DNA of 64,000 bases from an uncultured bacterium (GCA_963807165.1 CAWDZM010000001.1:507590-571589), one strand, 5' to 3'. Counted from the stretch's first letter, positions 19,781 to 28,742 are shown. The notes: a model not told the origin generated them from the sequence alone. A program made the numbers and translations.

Positions 19781-20299
19781 ATGCCTATGTGGTTACTCGT
19801 CGCCGGCGTGTTGATTCCCCAGGAGTTCGCTTCAAGCGCGATCGTTTTTATTATTGCCTTGCAGAACAATTTTCCCATCTGGGCGATCAACGTGATCTGG
19901 ATCTGCGTCACTTCGCTTGATATGTACGTTGGCTACATGCTCGGTAAGTTCACAAAAGAAAAATTCAACGACACGCGCTTCTTCCATTGGGTGGAGGGAT
20001 GGATAAAAAAGGGTGAGGCGCGCCTCGGCACCCATGGCGAAAAATTGTCGCTCGCACTGCTTGCCGTTATTAATTTTCCTTTCGTCAACACATTCATCGC
20101 CGCGTGGATCGGCCTTCCGTTCAATATGGCATTTCTGCTGACACTCGCGGGCAACTTTGTGTGGCTCCTCTTTTTATGGGGCACCGTCCTTGGATTATCC
20201 GCGTTCGTTTCGAACCCGGACATCATCATTCTTATCCTAATCGTCGCCGGCGTCCTCTCTCACTTCCTCTTTAAGTTCTCGAGGGCGAACAAAGGGTAA
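19781..20299 (+). CDS. hypothetical polytopic membrane protein
   Basis: 172 aa with 4-5 hydrophobic helices. Confidence 0.3.
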   Translation: MPMWLLVAGVLIPQEFASSAIVFIIALQNNFPIWAINVIWICVTSLDMYVGYMLGKFTKEKFNDTRFFHWVEGWIKKGEARLGTHGEKLSLALLAVINFPFVNTFIAAWIGLPFNMAFLLTLAGNFVWLLFLWGTVLGLSAFVSNPDIIILILIVAGVLSHFLFKFSRANKG

Positions 20300-21282
20300 A
20301 TCTCAAGCAAAGTGAGCAGTAGGCCGAGCGAGAGCGGGCCGAGCAATAATCCAATAGGGCCAAAGAATGATAGCCCGCCGAGCACAGCAAACAACATCAG
20401 CATCGGATGGATCTTTTTCTTGCCTCCTAAAAATCGCGGGCGAATATACGTCTCCATCGTGATGGCCATAAAGAACATCCACGCGGTGAGTCCGATCGTG
20501 CCAATAATATTCCCCGCAAGATAAAGCGAGATGATTCCCGGCACCACAATGAGAAGAACGCCGACGCCTGGAATAAATGAAGCCACCACCGTGACCGCGC
20601 CCCAAAGGATCGCGCTCGGCAATCCAAATATGAAAAATCCGATTCCGGTCAGCAGACCATACAATACACCCACCGCGAGCGATCCCCTGATCACCGAGCT
20701 AGCCCGCGAATAAAGCGACGAGAGCACTTCTTCCGCACGCGCAGCGGACAATGGTCCGCGCGCAATGAACGCCGCGCAAAGCTTGGAGCCATCCCTTAGG
20801 AAATAATAGAGTGCAAAGAATGAAAGGAAGAACGTTGCGATCACGCCGAGGACGCCGGAGAATATTGGCCCGAGATCACCGATCACAACCCCTAACAGTT
20901 GTTGGACGTATGAACTGAAGTCAATGTTGAATACCGGAAGAACTCGCGCAAGCTCCATGCGGAACCAATTGATCACCGGCTCACCGCTGCCGGAAGCAAG
21001 GTGGCCGTACAATCCCTGCGCTTCAATAAAGATCTGCAGGCCGAAAAAGACGAGCGGCAAGAGAATGATCACGATTGCGAGGAGAACGACCAACCCTGCG
21101 GCGGCGCTGTCATGCCCACCAAACCACTTCCGCAGTAGCGCATAGCACGGCTGAAAGAGCACCGCGAAGCTGACCCCCAATACGATAGCATTCAGCTCAG
21201 GCAGAAAGATGAACGCCATCAGCGCCGCCGCCAGAATAATGCCACCGATGAAAATTTGTGATTCGGAACGCGAGCGTACCAT
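20260..21282 (-). CDS. AI-2E family (UPF0118) transporter-like membrane protein
   Basis: 340 aa with ~8 TM helices. Length and topology fit the AI-2E/PerM family. Confidence 0.4.
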   Translation of the reverse strand: MVRSRSESQIFIGGIILAAALMAFIFLPELNAIVLGVSFAVLFQPCYALLRKWFGGHDSAAAGLVVLLAIVIILLPLVFFGLQIFIEAQGLYGHLASGSGEPVINWFRMELARVLPVFNIDFSSYVQQLLGVVIGDLGPIFSGVLGVIATFFLSFFALYYFLRDGSKLCAAFIARGPLSAARAEEVLSSLYSRASSVIRGSLAVGVLYGLLTGIGFFIFGLPSAILWGAVTVVASFIPGVGVLLIVVPGIISLYLAGNIIGTIGLTAWMFFMAITMETYIRPRFLGGKKKIHPMLMLFAVLGGLSFFGPIGLLLGPLSLGLLLTLLEIYPLFALENLKRK

Positions 21283-21323
21283 ATCCTTATTGTATCACGC
21301 CAATATAGAAATTCTGTTGAAAC

Positions 21324-21388
21324 AAAAACACCCACCCTCTTTTGATAGTTGATTCTTATCACTAGATCAAAAGAGGGTGGGTGTTTTT
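21324..21388. terminator. long perfect hairpin downstream of cspA (bidirectional terminator)
   Basis: aaaaacacccaccctcttttgat ... atcaaaagagggtgggtgttttt: ~20-bp perfect stem flanked by A and T runs. Confidence 0.6.
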
Positions 21389-21397
21389 GTTGTGGCG

Positions 21398-21598
21398 TTA
21401 TGCGCGGCTGACGTTCGTCGCGGCCGGGCCTTTCTCGCCTTCGCTGACCTCGAAAGTGACGACATCGCCAACCTTAAGATCATCAAATGCGACACCATTC
21501 AACTCCTTGGAGTGGAAGAAAAGGTCTTTCGCTTCGCCATCGCGTGCGATAAAACCAAATCCACGGTCCGTAAGGGTCTTGATAGTTCCTTGCATCAT
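21398..21598 (-). CDS. cspA: cold-shock protein (CspA family)
   Basis: MMQGTIKTLTDRGFGFIARDGEAKDLFFHSKEL, a canonical cold-shock domain with RNP1/RNP2 motifs. A ~145-nt 5' UTR lies upstream. Confidence 0.9.
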   Translation of the reverse strand: MMQGTIKTLTDRGFGFIARDGEAKDLFFHSKELNGVAFDDLKVGDVVTFEVSEGEKGPAATNVSRA

Positions 21599-21762
21599 GT
21601 AATTAGTATTGTTGCTTTTCTAGAAGTTCGACGACGTTTCTTTGTTTGCCAGATAATAATACTCCACTCTCTGAAATTTGTCAAGTATCCCGCCGGGGAC
21701 GGCTAAAAGGCGAGGTTGACCAATCGTCTATTACCCGTTAACGTGTGGCAAGGAGGAACACC

Positions 21763-22119
21763 GTGAGCTCAGAATATCAATTCGAGGCAGTACAGATGTG
21801 GCGGTCATTATCGCTATGGAAGCGATCTATAATCCGATCTGGATTCAAGGTGAAGCTGGGCAAGGAACAGCGATACCGCTTTACCAACGAGCTTCCATTC
21901 TATCTCTTTTTTTGCAGGAGATGTGAAGCCCCCAGAAAGGACTATATCCATGGATTTCCCGACCACCGCCAATATTTGACGTGCTCGCAGTGCTTGGAGC
22001 AGTATGGCGTTACGTCGATATGGATGCGGCTCGTTATGGCCTACTCTTTCGTAAGGTCGGTCTTCTCCTGTCTTTTCAGGAAGGGCACCCGAAAAAAATA
22101 TTCCGAGCAAGGAGCCTAA
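21763..22119 (+). CDS. hypothetical zinc-ribbon protein
   Basis: AAGGAGG RBS at 21750-21756 followed by GTG at 21763. Contains CRRC...CSQC cysteine pairs. Confidence 0.3.
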   Translation: MSSEYQFEAVQMWRSLSLWKRSIIRSGFKVKLGKEQRYRFTNELPFYLFFCRRCEAPRKDYIHGFPDHRQYLTCSQCLEQYGVTSIWMRLVMAYSFVRSVFSCLFRKGTRKKYSEQGA

Positions 22120-22122
22120 CGC

Positions 22123-22170
22123 GCCGGACATCCCTCAATGACACACGAGGCGATGTCCGGCATTTTTTTT
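22123..22170 (+). terminator. intrinsic terminator
   Basis: gccggacatccctc ... gaggcgatgtccggc stem followed by tttttttt. Confidence 0.6.
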
Positions 22171-22196
22171 GATAGTCGGTTACTATATAAAGATAC

Positions 22197-23474
22197 ATGG
22201 CAAAGTTTGGAAAGAAGACCAAGAACCTCCTCAAGGTCGTCGGGCCGGGCTTGATCACCGGCGCGGCGGATGATGATCCGTCAGGCATCGCCACCTATAC
22301 CCAGACCGGCGCGCAGTTCGGATACGGCCAGCTTTGGACCGCGCTCTTCCTGCTCCCCTTTATGGTGGCGATCCAGGAGGCATGTGCACGCATCGGCGCG
22401 GTGACGGGCAAAGGCCTTGCGGCGGTCGCCAAGGAAAATTACAGCAAGAAAGTGTTGTACGCACTGCTGGCGCTCATCCTCATTGCAAACACGATCAACA
22501 TCGGCGCAGATCTTGGAGCGATGGGCGCGGCGGCGGCGCTCATCATTCCGGTCAACTTCACCCTACTCACGCTTTTCTTCACCGCGCTCATTTTGGTACT
22601 CGAAATTTTTGTATCGTATAAAAATTACGCAAGGATATTGAAATGGCTCGCGCTTGTGCTCATCTCTTATCCGCTCACCGTATTCCTCGTTCACGAGCCG
22701 TGGATGACGATCCTGCGCGCCACACTTTTGCCACACATTCAGTTCAGCTTTGCGTTCCTTTTTATTATCACCGGCGTCTTAGGCACGACAATCTCGCCAT
22801 ATATGTTTTTCTGGGAAGCGTCGGAAGAAGTGGAGGAGGAAAAAGAAAAACATTTAATAGTGGACGGCAAAGCAAAGCCCACAAAATCCTTCATGCGCCG
22901 CCTGCGGCTCGATAATTTTCTCGGCATGCTCTCGTCCGAGATCGCAACGTGGTGCATCATCATCGTCGCGGCGACGGTACTGAATGCGCACGGACTGACG
23001 AACGTCGCCACGACGGCGGACGCGGCAAAGGCGCTCGAGCCGCTCGTACGGAGCTTTCCCAACGCGGGCCTTATCGCGAAGTGGCTCTTCGCGATCGGCG
23101 TCATCGGGCTCGGCCTCCTCGCCGTGCCAGTACTCTCCGCATCCGCCTCATATGCGCTCTCGGAAACCCTCAGTTGGCGCGAAGGGCTCAATTTAAAATT
23201 AAAGCGTGCTCATGGATTCTACGCCATCATCACAATCGCAACGCTCATCGGGCTGATGATTAACTTCGTCGGCATCAACCCGATCAAGGCGCTCGTGTTC
23301 ACCGCCGTCTTCAACGGCGTAGCGGCGGTGCCGCTCATCTTTATCATCGCGCGCATGGCCGGAAGCAAGAAGATTATGGGTGAATATAAGAGCGGCTGGC
23401 TTTCTAACATTGTCGTCTGGGCAACGTTCGTGTTGATGGCCGCCGCGGCCATCGCGATGTTCGCGACGCTGTAG
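22197..23474 (+). CDS. mntH: Nramp-family divalent metal (Mn2+/Fe2+) transporter
   Basis: GPGLITGAADDDPSGIATYTQTGAQFGYGQLW is the Nramp consensus N-terminal motif; ~11 TM helices. Confidence 0.8.
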   Translation: MAKFGKKTKNLLKVVGPGLITGAADDDPSGIATYTQTGAQFGYGQLWTALFLLPFMVAIQEACARIGAVTGKGLAAVAKENYSKKVLYALLALILIANTINIGADLGAMGAAAALIIPVNFTLLTLFFTALILVLEIFVSYKNYARILKWLALVLISYPLTVFLVHEPWMTILRATLLPHIQFSFAFLFIITGVLGTTISPYMFFWEASEEVEEEKEKHLIVDGKAKPTKSFMRRLRLDNFLGMLSSEIATWCIIIVAATVLNAHGLTNVATTADAAKALEPLVRSFPNAGLIAKWLFAIGVIGLGLLAVPVLSASASYALSETLSWREGLNLKLKRAHGFYAIITIATLIGLMINFVGINPIKALVFTAVFNGVAAVPLIFIIARMAGSKKIMGEYKSGWLSNIVVWATFVLMAAAAIAMFATL

Positions 23475-23521
23475 ACAAATCACTTATTGACGACGATAAA
23501 CTTTGGCATTATATTAACCTC

Positions 23522-24049
23522 TTGGGTTCATTAACAACTGAACCGGTCGAAGAGGAGCGCCACTTGAAAGAAAGTGTTCTTTCCCAAAAATTTGCCGTGC
23601 TACCGGGAGCAAGAGCCACGCGGCTCATGCAACTTCATGCGCAATATACAAGAGCAAGAACTGCCGGTGCGAGCGATGCCAAACACCTCAGAGAAATTTG
23701 GGTACGCCACTTCCGAATGGCCATCGGCGACGCCCAAACTATCGAGGCATTGGAACAACTGAGCGAGTTGTCAATTCCCGATGACCTGAAGGAAAAACTT
23801 GAGCGCAATCTTGCGCAGCTCAAAAGAGTCGAACAAAGACAGTGGTCGAAAGACATACGTCGCGACTCCGCCCAAACGACCCGAACCAACAACGATACGC
23901 CGACGCATTGCCAGCGTAAATCTATCCCCATCACCACAAGACCGGAGAGCCCACGCTCTCCGGTCTATTTTTTTATAGTTATAGCTTCACTACCGAGAAA
24001 CCGCCGACCCCCTGCCCGATCACATCGCCGGGATTTTTATCGGAAGTAA
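23522..24049 (+). CDS. hypothetical protein (3' end uncertain)
   Basis: 175-aa ORF. An intrinsic terminator at 23942-23974 lies inside its 3' part and it overlaps the convergent gene, so the true CDS may be shorter. Confidence 0.25.
   Translation: MGSLTTEPVEEERHLKESVLSQKFAVLPGARATRLMQLHAQYTRARTAGASDAKHLREIWVRHFRMAIGDAQTIEALEQLSELSIPDDLKEKLERNLAQLKRVEQRQWSKDIRRDSAQTTRTNNDTPTHCQRKSIPITTRPESPRSPVYFFIVIASLPRNRRPPARSHRRDFYRK
23942..23974 (+). terminator. intrinsic terminator
   Basis: ccggagagc-ccac-gctctccgg followed by tctattttttt. Confidence 0.55.
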
Positions 24050-24503
24050 AGTAATAGAGCGGCATCCCCTTCCACGTGAACTGCACCAATCCATTATTGC
24101 CTTTGATGGTACTCACGTTTGCCGGGAGCATCGGCAGGTTGACGGTACCCGCGGCGGTGAGGCCCGGACCATACGGCGGCCATATCGAAAGACAAGCGCC
24201 CGTGCAATTGCTGACGTTCATCGTGTCCTTGTTATAAACATAGAGCGTTCTGCCTTTTGCATCCGCAAGATACGGCCCGAGCACCGCGCTCTGATGCTCG
24301 CTAAAGAATCCGCCAAGCTGGAGGGATGATGACGTTACCATGGATCCTCCCGCTGGATTTGTCGAAGTAGCGGCGACCGGCGTAGAGCTCGGCGTATTCA
24401 CGCCAACCGAAGGCGCCGCCGCCTTTTGCCCAAATACCAAAAACGCTGCCGCTGCAAGCACGACCACCACAAGAATTATTATTAAATAGTGATATCTTTT
24501 CAT
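23979..24503 (-). CDS. secreted lipoprotein-like protein with Y-x-F/Y-x-x-D repeats (COG4315 type)
   Basis: N-terminal TM/signal segment, a Thr/Ser-rich linker, and repeated TLYVYNKDT / PLYYFTSDKNPGD motifs. Confidence 0.45.
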   Translation of the reverse strand: MKRYHYLIIILVVVVLAAAAFLVFGQKAAAPSVGVNTPSSTPVAATSTNPAGGSMVTSSSLQLGGFFSEHQSAVLGPYLADAKGRTLYVYNKDTMNVSNCTGACLSIWPPYGPGLTAAGTVNLPMLPANVSTIKGNNGLVQFTWKGMPLYYFTSDKNPGDVIGQGVGGFSVVKL

Positions 24504-24536
24504 ACCTTAATTATACCATTTCGCTCATAAGCGAGT

Positions 24537-24959
24537 TTACCCCTGCCTCATGCAGGCCTTACATATGCCATAAAATTCCAAGGCGTGTTGTTTGATCTCG
24601 GCAAAGTGTTTTGATGATTTAAGAACGCTCGATTCGACGGCTTCGACACCACACCGATGGACATCTTCAACCTTGCCACACTTGAGGCAGATAAGATGAT
24701 GATGTTCTGCTAAATCCGCCAGCTCATAGTGAGCGTGATTGTGCCGAAGATCGATCTGCTTGATCACCCCCTTCTCTTTAAATGATTTTAATGTCCGATA
24801 TACGGTAACCTGATCGGTCCCACGGGGAAGTATATCTATGATCTCCTGAGCGCTCAAAGGCTTTTTATTTTTTTTAAATACCTCAAGGATGGCGATCCTT
24901 GAATCGGTTACCTTGTACCCACTTTTGCGAAGAACGGTTTTAAACGATTCTGAGGCCAT
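24537..24959 (-). CDS. fur: Fur-family metalloregulator
   Basis: winged-helix N-domain; HHHLICLKCGKVEDVH metal site and C-terminal CKAC. Start is the ATG at 24957-24959 (MASESFKTVLRKSG). Confidence 0.8.
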   Translation of the reverse strand: MASESFKTVLRKSGYKVTDSRIAILEVFKKNKKPLSAQEIIDILPRGTDQVTVYRTLKSFKEKGVIKQIDLRHNHAHYELADLAEHHHLICLKCGKVEDVHRCGVEAVESSVLKSSKHFAEIKQHALEFYGICKACMRQG

Positions 24960-24978
24960 ATATTCATCATATTCTAAA

Positions 24979-24993
24979 TGCAAATTATTTGCA
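24979..24993. promoter_or_regulatory. perfect 7-1-7 palindrome TGCAAAT-T-ATTTGCA, candidate Fur-family operator
   Basis: Perfect inverted repeat 20 nt upstream of the fur start, in the divergent intergenic region. Confidence 0.35.
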
Positions 24994-25077
24994 ACTAATT
25001 TGACTGCGCCGCTGGCGGAGATGAGAATGAGGGTGTCGATCAATCAAGGTCGGCACATCACCCACGTGGAGGTAACA

Positions 25078-25470
25078 ATGTCCTATCCTTCGGTCGTAGC
25101 AGTTCTTAAAGAACGAGGCGTTAGCCTTGAAACCGCAACCGATGCAGAGATCAAGAACATTCTCCTTGAAGCGTTCCATCGGGATCTCGGCGCCGGAATG
25201 TCGTATCTCAAGAGCGCAGCCGAGCATGTCGGTAAAACCGGCCGGCGATTCCTTAAGGCAGAAGACCCCAACTCACCGGTCGGCAAACAACTAACCCGGC
25301 TTCTCGGAGCCGATGTTGCCCGAGGCATCGTAGAACAACACTTTGGCGTTGCATTCGGCCTCTACAACTGCTGCGGCGTTACCGCAGCCACCACCCGCGA
25401 AGGCTTGCGTATGAACATGCGCGAACAGGTCCTCCTCCAAAATGGCGTTCTCGCGTCCGCAGATTGCTAA
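25078..25470 (+). CDS. hypothetical protein
   Basis: GGAGGT RBS plus ATG at 25078 (MSYPSVVAVLKE...). Part of the longer ORF 24889..25470 overlaps fur. Confidence 0.3.
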   Translation: MSYPSVVAVLKERGVSLETATDAEIKNILLEAFHRDLGAGMSYLKSAAEHVGKTGRRFLKAEDPNSPVGKQLTRLLGADVARGIVEQHFGVAFGLYNCCGVTAATTREGLRMNMREQVLLQNGVLASADC

Positions 25471-25562
25471 CCAGCGCGACCACAACCCACTATGGTGCCC
25501 GAACCCAACAACACCGGGCACCATACTTTTATCACTATGAACAAACCCTATCCAAATAATGT

Positions 25563-25955
25563 TTGATCTCGCGCTCGACCGGCCTCGCCATCGGGAGTTT
25601 TTCGATTATCTGGCGGAAATTACTTAACGACATCCCGCGGCTGCGCAAAAATATCGGCGAGTATGTTCCCTATCCCATAAGCCGCGCATTGACGTGCGGA
25701 TTCTGTTTTACTTATTGGCTTTCACTCGGATCGCTGCTCATTTTTAACCCGCTGAGTGGCTGGCTTCCTCCCCTGCAAGCTATCATTCCTGCCGGATTCT
25801 CCCCTTTTATTTATATTTGTTTTTCTTGGATGGTCCTCGGTTTCGTTGCACTTCTTTGGCGATCACTCTTTGTTATCATCCAAGAACTTATTGACTATCA
25901 AATGTATACATGGAACAAACAATTCCATCCTATTGATCACGGGCATAAGCACTGA
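25563..25955 (+). CDS. hypothetical membrane protein
   Basis: 130 aa with 3-4 hydrophobic helices. Last gene before the AT-rich island. Confidence 0.3.
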   Translation: MISRSTGLAIGSFSIIWRKLLNDIPRLRKNIGEYVPYPISRALTCGFCFTYWLSLGSLLIFNPLSGWLPPLQAIIPAGFSPFIYICFSWMVLGFVALLWRSLFVIIQELIDYQMYTWNKQFHPIDHGHKH

Positions 25956-26042
25956 TCGAAGATTATGGAGGCGGGAGTCCGTTATATAAATAAATTTTCA
26001 CCAATCCCTACTTGGCAGCAACCAGCAATGCCTTCATCTCTT

Positions 26043-26288
26043 TTATTCATGTATAAAAAATTGGCCGATAAACGATCCGCATTTGGGGCAGGTATTTGCC
26101 AAATAACTTTCATTTAAAGTTTTGCTGAATTTCTTTTCAATCAAGACTCCTGCGTCCCTTGCAAATCCAAGTTCGCTTTCAGTAAAAGTTTCTGGCCCAG
26201 ATATCCCGATCATGGCAATTTTCATCGGAGCACTACAGGCTCGGCATTTGGATTCAACAATTTCTATTTGATGACTTGTATTCTCCAT
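26043..26288 (-). CDS. hypothetical small zinc-ribbon protein
   Basis: 81 aa with CRAC...CPKC; last gene of the minus-strand operon. Confidence 0.3.
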   Translation of the reverse strand: MENTSHQIEIVESKCRACSAPMKIAMIGISGPETFTESELGFARDAGVLIEKKFSKTLNESYLANTCPKCGSFIGQFFIHE

Positions 26289-26294
26289 AGTGAT

Positions 26295-27080
26295 TTAGAC
26301 TACATATTTACCTGCGTGCAATTGTTTTGATTCTTGCGGCGTAGCATAAAAAACATTTGTCCCCTTTCTGATGGTAACTCTTCCATCGTAGTGATAGACA
26401 TCTTTGCGATTCCAAGGCGGAATTAGGATTACCATAATCGTATGACCGACGATTTGTTTTTCTACAATTCTAACGGAGATGGATGGAGAGATTTGATTCC
26501 GAATACTATTTTGTAAAGACTGATCTAAAATCTGACGCTTTTTGTCGGAATCACCAATAGTTCCATCATCTTCTATCCCATAAAATATGAGTCCTCCTAG
26601 CTTGGTATTTGCGAAGGCACAAATCTCCTTTGATAAAACCTTCATCTCTACTCCGACTTGTTTAAACTCGTATATCTGATCTTCTCCATGGTTACAAATA
26701 TCTAAAATCTCTTGCTCCGAGGGTAAATGTATGCCGGAGCTGTTGTCCCTGGTAGAATTTTTTCTTTCCTTAGGAGAAGTCCGCGCTGTTTTTGTGTGGT
26801 CTTTTAAAACCGATTTACTCAGATGTTTCAAAATCGGGTTCTTCTCATAAATAATCGAATTCGCTTTTTTAACGACCCCTTTTTCATCGGTAACGGCTCT
26901 GATAATCTCCATATCTTTCATTGCCGCTAGATCATCTAGCGTCGCAGAAAACGGCCGCCCACTCTTTACGGATATTTCTTTAGCCGAAAGCTTACCGTTT
27001 ACCAAATCGAATGTAGCCTCTCTTTTAGGAGAATTACCAAATAATATTCTCGCCCTACTAACAAGTTCTTGAAGGTCCAT
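26295..27080 (-). CDS. AlbA_2 / Schlafen-like (divergent AAA) DNA-binding domain protein
   Basis: C-terminal DQIYEFKQ...KEICAFANTKLGGLIFYGIEDDGTI matches the AlbA_2 pattern E.K...A.aNt.GG.l..Gv.d.g. Confidence 0.45.
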   Translation of the reverse strand: MDLQELVSRARILFGNSPKREATFDLVNGKLSAKEISVKSGRPFSATLDDLAAMKDMEIIRAVTDEKGVVKKANSIIYEKNPILKHLSKSVLKDHTKTARTSPKERKNSTRDNSSGIHLPSEQEILDICNHGEDQIYEFKQVGVEMKVLSKEICAFANTKLGGLIFYGIEDDGTIGDSDKKRQILDQSLQNSIRNQISPSISVRIVEKQIVGHTIMVILIPPWNRKDVYHYDGRVTIRKGTNVFYATPQESKQLHAGKYVV

Positions 27081-27084
27081 ATTT

Positions 27085-27603
27085 TTATGGAATTAATGTC
27101 GTAATCGTTGCTGTTTGGTCTAAAAAATACATTAACTGCCGAACATCTTGATAGAGGACGTCTATTCTTTTTTGATCATTCTTATTAGGAAAATTCATAT
27201 GAGCAACAATATTTCTTGGCAAACGGATAGCGTCTATTTTGACTAACCATTGGTCTATATCCGGAACAACAGTTCTTAAAAGATGAGCGCTTGTGCGTGC
27301 GATCTCATTAAGATCATACAAATCAGTGTAGTAAATATCGTGCCTTCCGGGTTTAGAATGCCACGGTCGAGATGCATACATAGGTTTAAATCCATTGATC
27401 TTTCTTTGCATGGTTGGATCAACAACTAAAGCCCACCAACCATTTCCAAGTTGAGCTAGCAGAATAGAATGGATCAGAACTCTATAATAATTTTCGACGG
27501 CATATAACTTCCAGTAAGCTCCACGGCCGATGCCCAATCCACTCTTTCTTACATTTTCCAGCGTAAAACCGGAAAGAGTTCTGAAGTCTTGAATCGCAGC
27601 CAT
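27085..27603 (-). CDS. HEPN-domain protein, Abi_2 (AbiD/AbiF)-like
   Basis: LPRNIVAHMNF contains the HEPN R-x4-H motif in the RN..AH form seen in Abi_2-type abortive-infection proteins. Confidence 0.4.
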   Translation of the reverse strand: MAAIQDFRTLSGFTLENVRKSGLGIGRGAYWKLYAVENYYRVLIHSILLAQLGNGWWALVVDPTMQRKINGFKPMYASRPWHSKPGRHDIYYTDLYDLNEIARTSAHLLRTVVPDIDQWLVKIDAIRLPRNIVAHMNFPNKNDQKRIDVLYQDVRQLMYFLDQTATITTLIP

Positions 27604-27825
27604 TTAAGCTGTCCCTTTTTTCTTGGTCGATTTCTTCTTCTTGGTTTGATATATCAACGAAGCAATAGTCTGCCCCGAAGTTTCAAGATAATTTGCGATC
27701 TCCAAGTTGTTGAATCCGGCAAGATTTAAAATTCGAACCTTTTCGGCCATATTGGATCCCTTTAAAGAATTCAAAAGAATCATCACTAAAAGACTTTCGA
27801 TTCTGTCTGTATCACTTTCTTTCAT
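27604..27825 (-). CDS. small HTH protein, paralog 5 of a tandem array
   Basis: 73 aa; C-terminal RILNLAGFNNLEIANYLETSGQTIASLIYQTKKKK (sigma70-r4/LuxR-like HTH plus Lys tail). Confidence 0.45.
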   Translation of the reverse strand: MKESDTDRIESLLVMILLNSLKGSNMAEKVRILNLAGFNNLEIANYLETSGQTIASLIYQTKKKKSTKKKGTA

Positions 27826-27832
27826 ATTTTTA

Positions 27833-28045
27833 TTATTTCTTTTTCGATCCCCTCGACCCTAACGCTCGAACTGTTGCCGGAGTAGTATTGAGGATTTGGG
27901 CAATCGTGTCGTTATCTAAGCCAGCCAACCTTAAAAGATATACTCTTTCAGTAATGCTTTTCTCGGAAGCGACTTGCAAGCCAAGAACTTTCAAAATCTT
28001 CTCCAATACATCTATTATTTTTTCTTGATCCGTGAGTTTTGCCAT
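27833..28045 (-). CDS. small HTH protein, paralog 4 of a tandem array
   Basis: 70 aa; VYLLRLAGLDNDTIAQILNTTPATVRALGSRGSKKK. Confidence 0.45.
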   Translation of the reverse strand: MAKLTDQEKIIDVLEKILKVLGLQVASEKSITERVYLLRLAGLDNDTIAQILNTTPATVRALGSRGSKKK

Positions 28046-28056
28046 TTAATATTGTC

Positions 28057-28260
28057 TTATTTTTTCTTCGACTTTTTTGATTGATTTAAAAGACTGGAAG
28101 CGGCATTACTTGGTATATCAAGAATGTGAGCGATTTTTGCTATTGAAAAGCCGACTTCAGAAAGCTCGGCGGTAATTTCTGTTTTTGTCTTACTTCCTTT
28201 AAAGCCCCACGCTAAAATGCGGCACACATCTTCAAGAGAAAATTCTTCTTGATCCTTCAT
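28057..28260 (-). CDS. small HTH protein, paralog 3 of a tandem array
   Basis: 67 aa; ELSEVGFSIAKIAHILDIPSNAASSLLNQSKKSKKK. Confidence 0.45.
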   Translation of the reverse strand: MKDQEEFSLEDVCRILAWGFKGSKTKTEITAELSEVGFSIAKIAHILDIPSNAASSLLNQSKKSKKK

Positions 28261-28261
28261 G

Positions 28262-28495
28262 TTATTTTTTCTTATTTTTCCTGATGGCGTGCAAGGCCAC
28301 GTTCACAGTATTTGGAGTGGTTCCCAAAAGTTCGGCTATCCTCTTAGGCTTAAATCCCACAGAATCCAGTTCTTTAATTAAAGTAACTTGCCCCGTCCCC
28401 CGCTTGAGCCATACAGTAAGAAGCTTCACCACCTCTTCCGAAAATATCTGATTGGTTTGTTCCATTGTTTTATTTTTGTTTACGAGCTCTTTCAA
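28262..28495 (-). CDS. small HTH protein, paralog 2 of a tandem array
   Basis: 77 aa; ELDSVGFKPKRIAELLGTTPNTVNVALHAIRKNKKK. Confidence 0.45.
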   Translation of the reverse strand: MKELVNKNKTMEQTNQIFSEEVVKLLTVWLKRGTGQVTLIKELDSVGFKPKRIAELLGTTPNTVNVALHAIRKNKKK

Positions 28496-28742
28496 GAGCT
28501 TTTTGAACGGCTGACAATTTTTTACCAGTAAGTTCTGCTATCTCGACTGACTTCAATCCTGCACTGGCGAGGAGGAGTTCGAGCTTAGGAGCTTGGCTTC
28601 TGTCCACTTCTCCAAGTTCTCTGTTTCTACTGTCAATTAAAAGAGAAGCTATCACAGCAAGCTTTTTTTCTATGTTTTTTAATGTTTCTGCTTCGTTCAT
28701 TGTAAAATAATTAGTGAATTTACCGACATTTTTTCCCATCAA
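28470..28742 (-). CDS. small HTH protein, paralog 1 of a tandem array
   Basis: 90 aa; LLLASAGLKSVEIAELTGKKLSAVQKALERARKQK. First gene of the operon. Confidence 0.45.
   Translation of the reverse strand: MMGKNVGKFTNYFTMNEAETLKNIEKKLAVIASLLIDSRNRELGEVDRSQAPKLELLLASAGLKSVEIAELTGKKLSAVQKALERARKQK

Noticed and set aside
22120-22196. Looked for a Fur-type box upstream of mntH resembling the fur-proximal TGCAAAT-T-ATTTGCA palindrome.
   Set aside because: No convincing inverted repeat of that type; only the terminator hairpin and an AT-rich -10 region are present.
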